NCBI RefSeq assembly: GCF_006345805.1
Contig: NC_043002.1
Location: 80,910,001-80,974,000 of the forward strand
Length of the DNA stretch: 64,000 bases
Direction: 5' to 3'
Origin: Octopus sinensis
Lineage: Eukaryota
Made by a program: the position numbers and the translations under genes. The notes beneath the pieces are model-generated. The model made no database searches. It saw nothing but the letters and a program-made list of their open reading frames with translations, and was not told where the DNA came from. This document shows, piece by piece, positions 52,295 to 64,000 of this stretch (position 1 is its first letter; every line of letters starts with the position of its first letter).

Positions 52295-52921
52295 TTCCAT
52301 TTCATGATGGTCTGGCTGGAGTTTGGATATTGTCGCGCCTCCTTCCTTGAAACGGGAAGGAAGAGACATTTTCATCATACTTGTGGCTATGGCGAAAGAA
52401 TGTGTATGGTGGACGCGTCTGAAAGGTCTTGAGACAAACACTTTCCTCTATGGTGAATCTCTCATTAACTTCTTCAAATATCACTTGAGGAGGAAGATGA
52501 GAGTAGAGAAAGAAGTTTTGTCGAGTGAATGTTTCAAAAAAGGATGAGTGAATGTAGCAAGGATGGCACGTGTGAATGACGGAGCCACCTTGAGCATAAT
52601 CCTATGAACCAGAAAAAGAAAGGGAAAAAGAGTCACTTACTGTAATGTGCTTTTTGCATGACATTATTGCCCGAGGTTACCGTGGTCTTTTCTGTAGGCT
52701 TTTCTTTCCGCGGATAAACCTAATTTGTTTCCACTTTTACATTATGACATTTCTGTGATACACGATCCCTCTTGATCGGCTTTTCTTTTTCTTTCTTTTC
52801 ACGATCCCTTTTGATCGAAATTCTACCCACACCTTTTTTTTTCTTTCCTTCCCAAAAAGAAAAGCACTACTTTCTATTTTGTCCCCTTTGTGTTCAGCCC
52901 TGTGTGGCTTATAAAGAAACA
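52295..52921 (+). mobile_element. 3' end of an L1/Tx1-like LINE (ORF2 C-terminus + 3' UTR)
   Basis: LVAMAKECVWWTRLKGL..LINFFKYHLRRKMRVE..F..(W)VNVARM resembles the L1/Tx1 C-terminal pattern (AK..IW..R..L..F..RI..E..F..W); T-rich 3' UTR ends ATAAAGAAAC. Clade inferred from pattern only. Confidence 0.65.
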
Positions 52922-53804
52922 TATATCTAGGTCTTACTATCGATTACACTATTTAAGTTAGATTCGAGTATTTTAAATGTCTAGGTTGCTGGCCTGTTTC
53001 ATTTCATATCAAACTGAACTTACAAGATTTAAATAAGTTTAAAATAATAGCAAGGTTTTGAGACTTGCAACCTCATTCACACATCCGTTTTTACAACTTA
53101 ATCTGGAACGACGGAGCACCAGCTATCATCATTTTATAAAATCGCCAACACCATTGTGAAAAATAGAAGAGATTCAGTTTCCCTTCGATTCGATAATTGA
53201 TTTAAATATCTCCAATATTGTAGACTCTGCTAAAAGTACCTAAGGGGTCAACTGGTGGTGTTACCTGAGTATTAGATTCCTTTTAACTGATGTGACTGAT
53301 ATTTTATTAAGCACCAACTTCACTATTACCCACATTTGACCAAAAACAGCTTCCCCACTAAATACGTTTCTCCGACAATTTACGGACGTTTTTATTCGAA
53401 TAATTTTCGATGTGTTCACTGCAAGCAAAGGTGACTTTGTATCCAAATCACCTTTGGTCATTATGCAATACTTGTTACCAGAGTTATGATGAGAGAGAAG
53501 AATATGAATGGTAAGTATAAGAAAGTGGTGCAGAACTTTCGAACGAAGTTCTACGCAGTTGATTAATTCTCTATAGGGTCCCATATGGTACCCATCACTT
53601 TACACTCATCGTCGTGCTGTCCATATACACAAACGAATTCCTGTTATTTTTTCTTCTTTCTTTTTAATTTCTCAGTATGTTATTAAAATGTATATTAGTA
53701 TCACCAGTATATCATCAAACGTTATTTCCTGCAAACCAGCTGCTATGCCAAGAAGAATTTGAGAAACTATTATGCAATTAAAAATATGTTTTAGACGGAA
53801 AATA

Positions 53805-53856
53805 TCATTATTATTATTGTTGTTGTTGTTGTTGTTATTATTATTATTATTATTGC

Positions 53857-53900
<44 letters not shown>
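53805..53900. repeat. (TTA)n/(TTG)n tract
   Basis: Directly visible. Confidence 0.97.
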
Positions 53901-53901
<1 letters not shown>

Positions 53902-54584
53902 ACATACGATCCTGTGAGATTTAAAAAACTAACCATGTATTATCTAAATATAACAAAATGCCAAATTAGATAAGGATATTGCCAATGTTATTTTGCTACT
54001 AACTATGTATAATATTTACGAAAAGATATCTGGCTACTGGCCACGAATTATCCCATGAACTTTTTGCAGCCAATTTTAGTGTCCAACAATCACGTGTTAT
54101 CTACGAATCAAAATGATAAACCAGAGTAATTAGAACCTATATTTGGGAGATCTATACATAAGCTGCATTTTCTATTTCCTCCCTTTGTCACAAGCATTCA
54201 CAAAACTATTGCAACACGTTTCCTTCGATACATTGGAGAATAATAAGTTTGTTTCAAACTAGGAAATTAAAGACGAGAGAAATACTATTGATTTATCACG
54301 TTTACTACATTATACCGCGAATAATATTCATAACTCATAATTCTAAAAATCTGATACTAGTTATGACACTTTGTAGAATTGTCACTTGGTATATTTGACC
54401 AATCATAAGGTGATCTTTGTAACGTGTAAAGAAAACGATGAGTAAGTTTACCAGAAAGATACATAAAAATATAAAACACTAAAATAAACATTTCTTGTTT
54501 TAAATTGAACTTGTCTAAGTATAAATGTGTATCTTTATATGATTCAACGTGTGTACGATTATAACGTACCATCCTGCTATTATT

Positions 54585-54752
54585 GTGTGTGTGTGTATGT
54601 GTGTGTGTGTGTCTGTGTGTATGTGTGTGTCTGTGTGTGTGTGTATTCTAAGCTTGAAAGAGACAGGTTCAATTTAAAAACCCGCAAAACTTTAAGTCGC
54701 ATACAGCCAAATGAAACTGTTTTAAATAATACATACACATACACACACACAC

Positions 54753-54786
<34 letters not shown>

Positions 54787-54801
54787 GTGTGTATATATAT
54801 A

Positions 54802-54843
<42 letters not shown>

Positions 54844-55025
54844 ATGTATGTATGTATGTATTCCTTATTTGTCCACTAACAGTGCTGCCAATAGTTTTAT
54901 GCAAAAACTGTATTTTCAAGCGTTACAATTCAAAATGGTGGTTATCAGTATCATTTGTTAATCCACAAAGATTATACATACATACATACATACCTATATA
55001 CATACATACATGCATACATACACAC

Positions 55026-55058
<33 letters not shown>

Positions 55059-55090
55059 TACATACATACATACATACATACATACATACA

Positions 55091-55121
<31 letters not shown>

Positions 55122-55122
55122 G
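54585..55122. repeat. (TG)n, (TA)n, (TACA)n microsatellite cluster
   Basis: Directly visible. Confidence 0.95.
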
Positions 55123-55142
55123 TAGCCATACCATTTCACATG

Positions 55143-55800
55143 TATACATCAATTAAAAGTGGATGACAAGAGCAAACGAGTAAATTACAGCACAGGATTT
55201 CTGAATAGCATTGCTAATGGTGAGCTACACCGATTCCTGTACAGAATGAATAACGAGGCATGCTTTCATCTTTCCGGCCACGTAAATTAAAGTAAAACAC
55301 ACGGTACTGGGTGGCGGAGAATCCTCATCTTGTATATGAGCAGCCACTCCACAATCAAAATTCAGTGTTTGGGGTGTTGTTTCAGGGACATGCATCAATG
55401 GAGCGATATTTCTCGATAGTGCTCTTAACACAGAGGTCTGCATAAAATTTTGGGCGAATTTTACGCTGAACTCACTAAAGATGAAAGACAAGTCATTTTC
55501 TCCCAGCAGGAGTGTCTTGCACATTTCTCTGGTGTCCATGCAGCCTATCTATGAGATCTTTCCTGCAGAACACACAGTTAGCAAAACTTTGTGGTCACCA
55601 CGTTCTCGTGACCTTTAAACTTAGGATCATTATCTCTGGGGTCACTTGAATATCATAGTGTACGAAAAAAATTCGCTCATAATACAGGAACTAAAGGACA
55701 ATATCTGCATGCAGAACGCCACTATCGATATCACTACCTTCTGCCGGTCGTATCTAAACATGGTCAGACGTGCACTGATGGGCCTGTGCATTTGTCGAGT
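55143..55800 (+). pseudogene. Tc1/mariner-superfamily transposase relic (catalytic domain)
   Basis: NEACFHLSGHVN-QNTRYWVAENPH..QPLHNQK.SVWG; LWSPRSRDL..DHYLWGHLK..VY..IQELKDNI (SDEA.FHL.G.VN.QN.R.W..ENP / WPPRSPDL..DF.LWG.LK pattern). Frameshifted; no TIRs found. Confidence 0.8.
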
Positions 55801-56769
55801 GATATACAAGAAATAAGAAGAAACAATTTGGAAGACGTCCGAGACGACAGTAAGACGACAAAACAAACACCAAACGAAACCCAAAGAAAAAATCAGAACG
55901 GAATCAAGAGAAATATAGAACTGCATAGGGTCCAGTCATGTATAAGGACACATAATTGCTTCATGGAGAGACAAAAATATATATAAGGACGATGCATTAA
56001 ATAATTGGAGCGTCGAACAAAATGGCATGAGGTAGGTTTTTCTGAGTACGAATCATACCGAGATCAACCTTGCTTTAAATCTTTCCTGGCTCGATAAAAT
56101 AAAAGGAAAAAAAAAACGGAGAAGTACTAGTTAAGATTTAACTGACTTACACTTCTCTCTAAATTTCTGCCTCTATTCTTATGTTAGAAGCAATTATATT
56201 TATGAAATTTCGTACTGAAGGCAATCTCTGCCCAAGGACATATTCGTTGTCATATATTCTCATTCTTTTTTTTTTTCAATCTCTGGGGGGAATAGTGGAG
56301 AGATAGTGGGGGTGGGGGGTTACTTTTATGTTTTAGTATTTACATACAGATTGTACTGCGAAATATTTTGCATTTTTCGTCTGTATTCTGTACATTAAGG
56401 CACTGGGTACACAATTTGCTATTTACGAATTCTGCTTGTTATGAATATCACATCACCATAACCAACGACTTCAAACGACCAAGCTAACAACAACAACAGC
56501 AACAACAACAATAAAAATAACAGCAAAGACCTACTACTACTACTACTACTACTACATTGATACTACTAATACTGCTGCTGCTGCTGTCGGTATTGCTGTC
56601 TGCATAATTCAAACATCGAGGAATAAGAACGGAAAATTGTGTTTCTCATTCTTTTCCCAAGAGCATTAGCGAAACAACTGAAGTGGCTCCAGCTGAAAGT
56701 TGAAACCGGGTCAAAACATTTGGTTCACTAAGGACATACTGACACATAATTGAGCCCCGAAATGCTGCT

Positions 56770-57272
56770 AGAGCTTTTGATGATGGTGACGATGATGATG
56801 ATAATGACTAAGACGACGACGACGACGATGACGACGACGATGATGATGATGATTGTTGATGATGATCATGATATGTTGATGATGATAACGGTGGCAGTGT
56901 TGGTGTTCATGTTGTTATTGTTGCTCATGTTGCTGTTGATAGTGATGGTAGTGATGGCGATGGTGGTGGTGATGGTGATGGTTTAATTTAAGTTCAAGGG
57001 CAACAATTCCGAGTACGGAGAGTCAGTCGACATCACTGACTCCTGTACCTCCCTGGATGATCATGATCATGATCATGATGGTAGTGGTGGTAGTGGTGGT
57101 GGTGGTGGTGGTGGTGGTGGTGGTGGTTGGTGGTGGTGGTTGTGGTAATATCTCTGCACCCTGCCCCTGCTTAAGCTGCCCCTACTGCTGTTGCTGCTTC
57201 TGCTGATGCCCCTGCTTCTTCTTCTTCTTTCTTCTTCTTCTTCTTCTTCTTCTTCTTCTTCTTCTTCTTCTT
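56770..57272. repeat. Compound trinucleotide tract (GAT/GAC/GTT/GGT/CTT)n
   Basis: Directly visible. Confidence 0.95.
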
Positions 57273-57557
57273 CCAATAAAGACTCACGCCATTAGCCACA
57301 AAGAATAATCTCTAATTCGAGCCTACTCTAAGCTACTAAAGATGCGTGTGGCAACTTGAAGATCCACCCACCACACGCAATAGACTGGCGGTTGCACGGG
57401 CGCGAAAGCTATGTTGTTACCCTCATTCCGTAAATAGTGGCTTTTAACGGGTGGAGAGCTGAACCAACCCGGGGTACAGAGGATTCGCAATCTAGACTAG
57501 GGTCTGAAAGTTTACCACACCCTAGTGGGTTACACCATGGTTCCTCTGCTTTTTGGC

Positions 57558-57759
57558 AGAAATAGGAAGAAAGAGTGAGAGAAAGTTGAAAGAGTGAAAG
57601 AGTACAGCGGGGTTCACCGCCCCCCCCCCCCCACCTGCCGGAGTCTCGTGGAGCTTAGGTGCTTTTGCTCAATAAACACCCACAATGCCCGGTATGGGAA
57701 TCGAAACCGCGTTCTTACGACCGCGAGTCTGCTGCCCTAACCACAGGGCCATTGCGCCT
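57558..57759 (-). mobile_element. SINE family C head
   Basis: Reverse complement of ~854-1050. Confidence 0.88.
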
Positions 57760-57819
57760 TCACCTTGCAGCTGTTGCTGCTGTTGTTGCTGCTGTTGCTG
57801 CTGCTGGTGTTAGTTTAAT

Positions 57820-58365
57820 TTAAATTCAAGTGCAGCAAATTTTGAGAGGAGAGAATCAGCCGACATCATTCACTCCAGTAACCCACTGGTATTTAAATTT
57901 ATCGAATCCAGAGGAGTGGAAGGCAACGTTAACCTTTGTGGGATTTGAACACGAAACGTAATGATCCGGCCGAAATACTGCAAGGCAATTTTTTCGGCGT
58001 ACTAAGAATTTGCCAAATCACTTCGTCTAATCATATGAGCTGAAGGGTCATAGCTTGAGTGGTGCAAAGGCGTCATCCGCCAGGACTAAAGAATAACCAA
58101 GAAATGGCACATGAGGCGATGCGCTGTTATAATGCACACCCTCAAACTACTACTACTACTATAGGTAGAAGGCCTGAAATTTTTTAGGGGTGGGGATATG
58201 GATGGAGATGGCGGATCTAGGCGACTATACAAGCTCCAATAATTAACTGATACTTATTTATAATAACGACCACGAAAGCTTGAAAGGCAAAGTCGGCCTC
58301 GGCGTTATTTTAACTCAGATCGCTAAGCCATTTTTTCGGCGTGCTAACAGTTCTGCCAGCTTGCA
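57820..58365 (-). mobile_element. Two diverged SINE family A copies (~57820-58020, ~58180-58365)
   Basis: GAAGGCAACGTTAACC..GGATTTGAAC; GAAAGGCAAAGTCGGCCTCGGCG..TTCTGCCAGCT. Confidence 0.7.
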
Positions 58366-58418
58366 TCCTGAACAATAACAACAACAATAACAACAGCAAC
58401 AACAATAACGATTATAAA

Positions 58419-58480
<62 letters not shown>

Positions 58481-58481
<1 letters not shown>

Positions 58482-58951
58482 TTGTTCTGTCTTGGTATAA
58501 AAGATGGGCTACAGCAAATACCACAGATTTGCTTGTCAGTTGTTTGACCATAACCAGTTGAGCATGTCCCTTAGTGGCTGACGATATGTGCATCTCTGAT
58601 CACGAGCAGAAGTAGTGGGGGAGCATCATAGCCATGTGTTGAGAGGGATTCTTTGGGGTTTGAATAATTCACCTCTGGAGACATGGGTGGTTTTTTCAAC
58701 ATCCTTAAACAACCCTTATTCAGGGACCGTTTGAGCGGGATGGGCTACTCAACCTGAAGAAAATTCTAAATGGGCCCCACCTGCAAGGTCATGTGCAGTT
58801 TATCTTGATATGAGATCACCATGTCGCGCACATATGGTTGTGATTCATGTGCCTGGTGTGCCCTTATCAGACGGGTAGTCATGATGTGTATATTGGGCTT
58901 CGTATATTTTACCCCAGTGTCACTTTGATGGCATGAACTGCTCTCTCACTC
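58481..58951 (+). mobile_element. ~500-bp (TAA)n-associated element, 5'-truncated
   Basis: Preceded by a long (AAT)n; ends CTCTCTCACTC(AAT)n. Confidence 0.88.
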
Positions 58952-58966
58952 AATAATAATAATAAA

Positions 58967-59515
58967 TGCCATGATGCAGTGCCAGGCAGTGGCTCTCATG
59001 GCTTTTCATCTTAAGGGATTGGAAGTGTTATCATGTACGTTGTTTTGTTTTGGTATAAAAGATGGGCTACAGCAAATATTCTGCTCAATACCACAGATTT
59101 GCTTCTCAGTTATTTGACCTTAACCAGTTGAGCATGTCCCTTAGTGGCTGACGATATGTGCATCTCTGATCACGAGCAGAAGTAGTGGGGGAGCATCATA
59201 GCCATGTGTTGAGAAGGATTTTTTGGGGTTTGGATAATTCATCTCTGGAAACATGGGTGTTCAATATCCTTAAACAACCTTTATTCAGGGAACTTGTGAG
59301 CGGATGGGCTACTCCACCTGAAGAAAATTCTAACTGGGCCCTACGTGCAAGGCCATGCGCTTATTATCTTGATACGACATTACCATGTCACGCACATATG
59401 ATTGTGATGCATAAGCCTGGTGTGCCCTTATCAGACGGGTAGTCAAAATGGGTATACGGAACTTCGTATATGTTATACCAGTGTCTCTTTGATGGCATGT
59501 ACTGCTTTCTCACTT
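58967..59515 (+). mobile_element. ~550-bp (TAA)n-associated element, tandem second copy
   Basis: Longer 5' end; more diverged; followed by (AAT)n at 59516-59642. Confidence 0.88.
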
Positions 59516-59521
59516 AATAAA

Positions 59522-59555
<34 letters not shown>

Positions 59556-59578
59556 TAATAATAATAATAATAATAATA

Positions 59579-59644
<66 letters not shown>

Positions 59645-59909
59645 CAGTAATAAAAGCTATCATTCATAAGTGATTTATGTAATATACTTGTTCGTACTTT
59701 TCTTCGCCATACTTCAGTATTTTGTACCTCCGTTCATAGCCACTCTACTTCCGCTTGAATATTGAAAACGAAAGAAACTATAAACTAGACAAGAAATTTC
59801 TACTAAATATATACAAATTAAAACAGAAATTCTACAGTAGTAACAAACAATAAAGATATTCTGTGTGTGTGTGTGTGCGAGTATGTATATATATATATAT
59901 ATATATATA

Positions 59910-59966
<57 letters not shown>

Positions 59967-60560
59967 GAAGTATGAATTATATGAAGCAAAGCTGACGGTT
60001 TCCTGATAAACATATAGAAACGCATATTTTTATAAAAACACGTGACCTTTGTTATGAAACTGGGTTCGTTCTATTTGTAGGCTATGTGCTTCGAAGACAC
60101 TGTCAACATTTTCGGGAAATAACTTCATACTCTACTACAAAAGAATTGAGGGATCATTTAATTTGTTCCCATCTATAAATTCACATAAAAATTAAAAGAA
60201 AAAAAATATATATATATATATATTGTTATATTTCGGAATGGTCATTTTGACAGTTTAGCCAATAAAAACACAACACTATATATTTGGTGTTATTTTACTT
60301 CATTGTTATTTATTTTTTACATTAATCTTAATCTTATTTCGGCCAGAGTTCTTTCGTCACACTCCTGTGACCGCATCAGTGGTCCTTTGTTTTGTTCTTT
60401 CTTATTTGTGTCTCTCCTTACTAACCGTCAGCCATTTTGTATTTCTATTGTATGTCTTCATTTGCGCATGCTTATATCTCTATGTGCGTTTATGTTTATT
60501 TAGTGTGTGTATGTGGGGGGATGCCTGTAATATATAAATATGTGTGTGTGTGCGTGTGTG

Positions 60561-60606
<46 letters not shown>

Positions 60607-60623
60607 CATAAATTTATATATAT

Positions 60624-60877
60624 ATGGCCCAGTGGTTAAGGCAGTGAACTCGCAGCCGGAAGATCGCAGTTTCGATTCCCAGAATCGTTGTGTGTGCTTA
60701 TTGAGCGAAAACGACTAAAGGCTCCGGCAGCGGGTGGTGGAGACCCTTGTACTCTTTCGCCGCAACTGTCTCTCACTCTTTCTTCCTGTTTCTTGAGCAA
60801 CGCTGCGATGGACTGGCGTCTCACCCAGCTGAAGGGAACATATACGCCATAGAAACCGAGAAACCGGGCCCAAGAGG
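60624..60877 (+). mobile_element. SINE with family C head and V-domain-like tail
   Basis: Head as 854; tail GCTGCGATGGACTGGCGTCTCACCCAG..ATAGAAACCG resembles the V-SINE central domain (recognition only). Confidence 0.75.
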
Positions 60878-60899
60878 GCGACGTTCATCGTCACATGTG

Positions 60900-60953
<54 letters not shown>

Positions 60954-61068
60954 CATGCGATCATATATATATATATATATATATGATTGATTGATTGATT
61001 CTAGTTTCAGCTCATGAGCTGTGGCCATGCTGGGGCACCGCCATTTGGTGTTGCTACTTGGTTTTACT

Positions 61069-61761
61069 TCACGAAAGCTTTTTAGCAACTGCCATTTGGT
61101 GCATGAGAGCGTTCGATGCAGCTGCCCTCATCTGCACCTCATGCCGTGAAGTTGGTTCATCTGGGACACCTGACAGGAAGAGATCCAGTTTCATTTTAAA
61201 GACATCTGCATCCACCCCATGCAGGTCTCTCAGGTTCTTCGGGGGGATATTGAAGAGCTGTGGGCCTCGGAAGCCCAGGCTATCACAGTATCTTGTCCTA
61301 CATCTTGATGGCAAATTTGGAGTCCTAGGCACCACGCAGTGGCGCCCAGTTCTGGCATTTGTGTAACTCTCGATGCCAAAGTTTGGGACACGTCCCTCCA
61401 GGATCTTCCAGATGTATATTATGGCATATCTTTCCCGCCTACGCTCCAAGGAATATAGTTTTAATCTCTTGAGTCTTTCCCAGTAGCTTACATTCTGCAT
61501 AGAGGCTATCTTCTTCGTGTAGCTACGCTGGATCGCCTCGAGCTCTGTGATCAACTTGACACTGGATGGTGACCATAACTGAGAGCAATAGTCAAAGTGG
61601 CTTAGGACAAGTGTCCTCCATAGGACCATCATGGTTTCTTGTACTCTTGTTCTAAAGGTTCTGAGAATCCATCCGGCCAGTCGTCTACATTTCATTGCCA
61701 ATTTAGCAACATGTACACGAAAGGTTGCGTCATCACTCATGTAAATACCCAGGTCACGCAT
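61069..61761 (-). pseudogene. LINE ORF2 part 4: thumb/C-terminal region
   Basis: RDLGIY, VLSHFDYCSQLWSP, LEAIQR, YWERL..L.LYSLERRRER, GPQLFN, FK.KLD.FL. Confidence 0.93.
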
Positions 61762-62096
61762 TGATTGTGCCTCTGGGATTGCAAACCGTCCGGGTACAGT
61801 GTATTCATTGGGTATTGCAATAGTTTTGCATGCTGATAGTATAAAGCTTGAAACTTTTCAGCATTGAACTGCATGCTATTCTTTTCAGCCCACTTTTTTA
61901 TTTTGTCCAGCTCACATTGCAGGCGTTTAGTGTCCTCAGGGTTCTGTATTGCCTGTGAAACTTTTGTATCATCTGCATAACTTGTGATCGTGGCTCTCTG
62001 CGTGGCTGAGGGCATGTCTGAGAGGGCCATTATGAACAGTAGTGGTCCCAGAACAGTGCCCTGCGGAACACCGCACACTATCTCCCAGTTTTCCAA
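61737..62096 (-). pseudogene. LINE ORF2 part 3: RT core
   Basis: GVPQGTVLGPLLF, SYADDTK, MQFNAEKFQ. Confidence 0.95.
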
Positions 62097-62970
62097 CTAT
62101 GTTGAGATCACGCAGTTTGTGACATATCATTCCATGATCGACTTTATCAAAGGCCTTTGCAAAGTCGAGATATATCACTTCCACATTTGAGTGGTTGAGC
62201 AGCCGTTTCAGCACCCAGTCATAGTGTTGTAGGAGCTGAGTTAAACAGCTTCTCCCTGGTCGGAAACCATGTTGGGTGTCGGGCAGCAAGTCATTTTCTT
62301 CAAGGAAGGTGATCAGTTTCCTTCTGACTATTCGTTCCATGACCTTGCTGATGTGTGAGGTCAGAGAGATAGGTCTGTAGTTCTTGGCCTCCGCTCTGCT
62401 ACCTCCTTTATGAATGGGGCATATTTTACCTTCCTTCAGTTTTCTTGGAAGTTTGCCAGCTGCAAGGAAGCTCTGAAAGAGGAACTGCAGTGGTCTTGCT
62501 AGGACTCTCTTACATACTTTTATGAGGATTACCGGGAATACATCGGGGCCAGTAGCTGAGTCTGTTTTCATTTCATCTATAGCCTTTATTATATCGTCTT
62601 CCTTTATATCGATGTAATTTATCGTCGCCGCCTCCGATTTTATATCTGCAGTGGTAAAGAAGTCAGTTGGATTGGTGATTTGGAGATGCCCAAGGGGTAG
62701 AGTGAAAACACTCTTGAATTGCTCATTCAGTATTTCACTTACTCTCATTGGTTTTCCTGTAAGTATGCCATCCTTTTCAAGGAGTGGCCCTATTCTACAG
62801 TGCACCGTAGCTGTTTCTTTGGCATACCTGTAGAAAGCTCTGGGGTTAGATTTTATGTTGTCTATAGCCCAGGCTTCTTTGTCTGCTCTTTCCTTTTCAT
62901 GGGAGAGTTGCAGACATTTTTCGATTTCCAACAGTTTTATTTTTAGGCGGGATTTTTCACTGCTTTCCAT
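61969..62970 (-). pseudogene. LINE ORF2 part 2: linker + RT N-half
   Basis: PIHKGG..NYRPISLTS, QHGFRPGRSCLTQL, YLDFAKAFDKVDH; true frame ends at an internal deletion near 62085. Confidence 0.95.
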
Positions 62971-63994
62971 CTTTCAAATGTTTGTTTAGGCGATTTGAAA
63001 TTTTTGTACGCCGTCTCATTAAAATTGTCCTCTCTCTGGGGATTTTGTTCTTGTGTACAGTGGCCTTTCTCTCTGGGACACATTTGTAGCATATGGCTTG
63101 CATTACAGACATGAATTGTTGAAGTTTCACGTCGATGTCTGGCGAGGAGAGACATTTAGGCCAGTTTTGTTTGAGGATCTCTTTCTCAATTTGTTTCCAG
63201 TTTGCCTTATGGTAGTTCAAGCTGGAAAGATTCTGAGGGTTTCTTGTAGGCTGCATGTCCGTGCTCTCTTTTGGCCCGTACATGGTCAGCTCTACCATGT
63301 TGTGATCCGAGAGTAGTGTCGGTGTCACTTTCACATTATGGATGAGATCCATGTCATTTGTGAAGCAGAGATCCAGTGTGTTACCTGCCCTGGTTGGTTG
63401 GAGTATTACTTGCTCCATGTACAGGGTGTTGATGAGGTTCAGGAGGGACCTCGCCTGTCCTCGTTCACATCTTGTCATTCCTGGAAGAGAAAGGCCCTCA
63501 GGCCATCTGACATTGGGTAGATTGAAGTCTCCCATGAGAAGTACACTTATGTGTTGTTCTAATGTGATTAGAACTTCTATTTTTATAAGGCAGTCTTCAA
63601 ACTTGCCTACATGGCTTGGGGCATCTGGAGGGCGATATGTAGCACACACAACTACATCGAGTTGCCTTATGTGTACAATTAGTGTGTCACACACCGAGTT
63701 TGAGTATGACAAAAGGACCTGGGGTGTGAGCTCCTCACGGATGTACATAGCAACTCCTCCATGACTCCTTTCTTTTCTGTCGGTCCGTAGTACAACATTC
63801 TGTGGTATGTGTAATTCCGCATCTGCTATGTCCGGTTTCAGGTGCGTTTCCGTAAGTGCTATGCATAAGGCTTGATTGCATGCGACAAAGTCTCTCAGGA
63901 ACGGGATTTTTGTCCTGTTACTGAGTGTTTGCAGTCCTCTGATGTTCAGTAGGAGCATTGAGGTGAGGTGTATGTTGTTGCCGGCGGTGTCCAT
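62957..63994 (-). pseudogene. LINE ORF2 part 1: AP-endonuclease domain
   Basis: LLNIRGL, IALTETHL, GGVAMY, YRPP, LMGDFNLP, PTRAGNTLDL, SDHN motifs. Confidence 0.95.
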
Positions 63995-64000
63995 CTTGGG

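Larger units (their letters stand above)
60985..64000 (-). mobile_element. CR1-group LINE (APE endonuclease + reverse transcriptase), 3' end intact, disrupted
   Basis: Four overlapping minus-strand ORFs give one colinear APE-RT protein; short 3' UTR and (AATC)n tail at 60985-61000; runs off the window end. Confidence 0.97.

Noticed and set aside
56750-57276. Poly-M/T/D/E/P ORFs
   Set aside because: Compound trinucleotide repeats without coding context.

Overview
AT-rich eukaryotic (animal) non-coding DNA made almost entirely of transposon debris and simple repeats. The SINE families and dense (TA)n/(CA)n/(TACA)n/(ATT)n tracts look like an octopod cephalopod genome (recognition, not a database result). 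I cannot support any host protein-coding exon, and most ORFs in the track are microsatellite artefacts. The real coding remnants are all mobile: a disrupted APE+RT LINE of the CR1 group (minus strand, ~61.0-64.0 kb), three older CR1-like fragments (7.5-11.9 kb), two RTE-like relics, an L1/Tx1-like 3' end and three Tc1/mariner relics. There are also a hAT-like element with 8-bp TSD, small MITEs, Helentron-like non-autonomous elements, three tRNA-derived SINE families and two local satellites (52 bp and 16 bp units). The most interesting observations are: (1) a minimal hammerhead-ribozyme motif in a Penelope-like end at 19669-19703; (2) two SINE-LINE 3'-tail partnerships visible inside the window, one with a hairpin showing three compensatory base-pair changes; (3) a SINE>hAT>LINE>satellite nest whose 52-bp dyad satellite repeats STAT/NF-kB/ETS-like motifs; (4) a ~500-bp element found only inside (TAA)n tracts. 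All coordinates and counts were read by eye, so edges are approximate to a few tens of bases unless a TSD/TIR is quoted.
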